From IMG/VR virus record IMGVR_UViG_3300023435_000009: DNA of 64,000 bases. The stretch is one strand, 5' to 3'. Shown here piece by piece: positions 63,832-64,000 of the stretch. The DNA is from a virus. Lineage: Duplodnaviria > Caudoviricetes. Position 1 is the stretch's first letter, and each line of letters begins with the position of its first letter. Position numbers and translations under genes: made by a program. The notes beneath the pieces were generated by a model that searched no databases, was not told the DNA's origin, and saw only the letters and a program-made list of their open reading frames with translations.

Positions 63832-64000
63832 ATGCTACATAGAGACAAAGCACGTAAGATCCAGCAGGGGGTGAAAATGGGCCTCGATATGGGAACCTTC
63901 CTGGAAAAGGGGGGCATTACCGCCGCAGTGGGAGGCGTTTTCATCCTCGAAATGCGAGATGCCACTACCGGGGAAGTTCTGGAGTATTGGGAAAAGAAAA
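63832..64000 (+). CDS. 3'-truncated gene, probably a tail-fibre-attachment/baseplate protein (not in the ORF track)
   Basis: AAGGAG SD at 63821-63826, ATG 63832, open to the window end: MLHRDKARKIQQGVKMGLDMGTFLEKGGITAAVGGVFILEMRDATTGEVLEYWEKK. Confidence 0.6.
   Translation, partial: MLHRDKARKIQQGVKMGLDMGTFLEKGGITAAVGGVFILEMRDATTGEVLEYWEKK

Noticed and set aside
1-64000. tRNA/rRNA genes, DGR repeats, or calling the locus an eCIS/tailocin
   Set aside because: No cloverleafs or long duplicated variable repeats were seen by eye. Absence of capsid genes is uninformative because both window ends lie inside tail genes; the giant proteins and homing nucleases favour a large phage, though this cannot be proven here.

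Overview
A 64-kb, roughly 60% GC, almost entirely plus-strand tail and baseplate morphogenesis module of a contractile-tailed (myovirus-like), probably jumbo, phage. Standard genetic code; no capsid, terminase, tRNA or CRISPR array in the window. Order: tail completion-like gene (5' truncated), FmdB-like Zn ribbon, very large sheath (1769 aa), a 5.9-kb accessory cassette (multi-Zn-finger Vsr/DUF559-like endonuclease, Hsp20 on the minus strand, T5orf172-MerR fusion, VIT-vWA), tail tube, two chaperone-like genes, tape measure, two tube-initiator-like genes, hub with a lytic transglycosylase-like insert, spike, an HNH-type endonuclease, a 3804-aa structural protein, a TnpB-only element, gp25-like, baseplate J-like and I-like wedge genes, and fibre/receptor-binding genes. 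Most notable by-eye results: (1) the TnpB element (IS607-like) has a cleanly reconstructable empty site; a 123-bp miniature relative (left end fused to the 3' part of the omegaRNA/right end, hairpins preserved) sits 11 kb downstream in the ribosome-binding site of a fibre gene, and both insert at AGAA-containing translation signals resembling their own right end; (2) the last 28 codons of the sheath gene switch abruptly to A/T-ending codons and embed a copy of a putative late promoter, directly before the free-standing endonuclease; (3) a short C(A/G)(G/T)T-N8-(T/A)AT motif precedes most structural transcription units. All family calls come from motif recognition by eye; no database searches were run.
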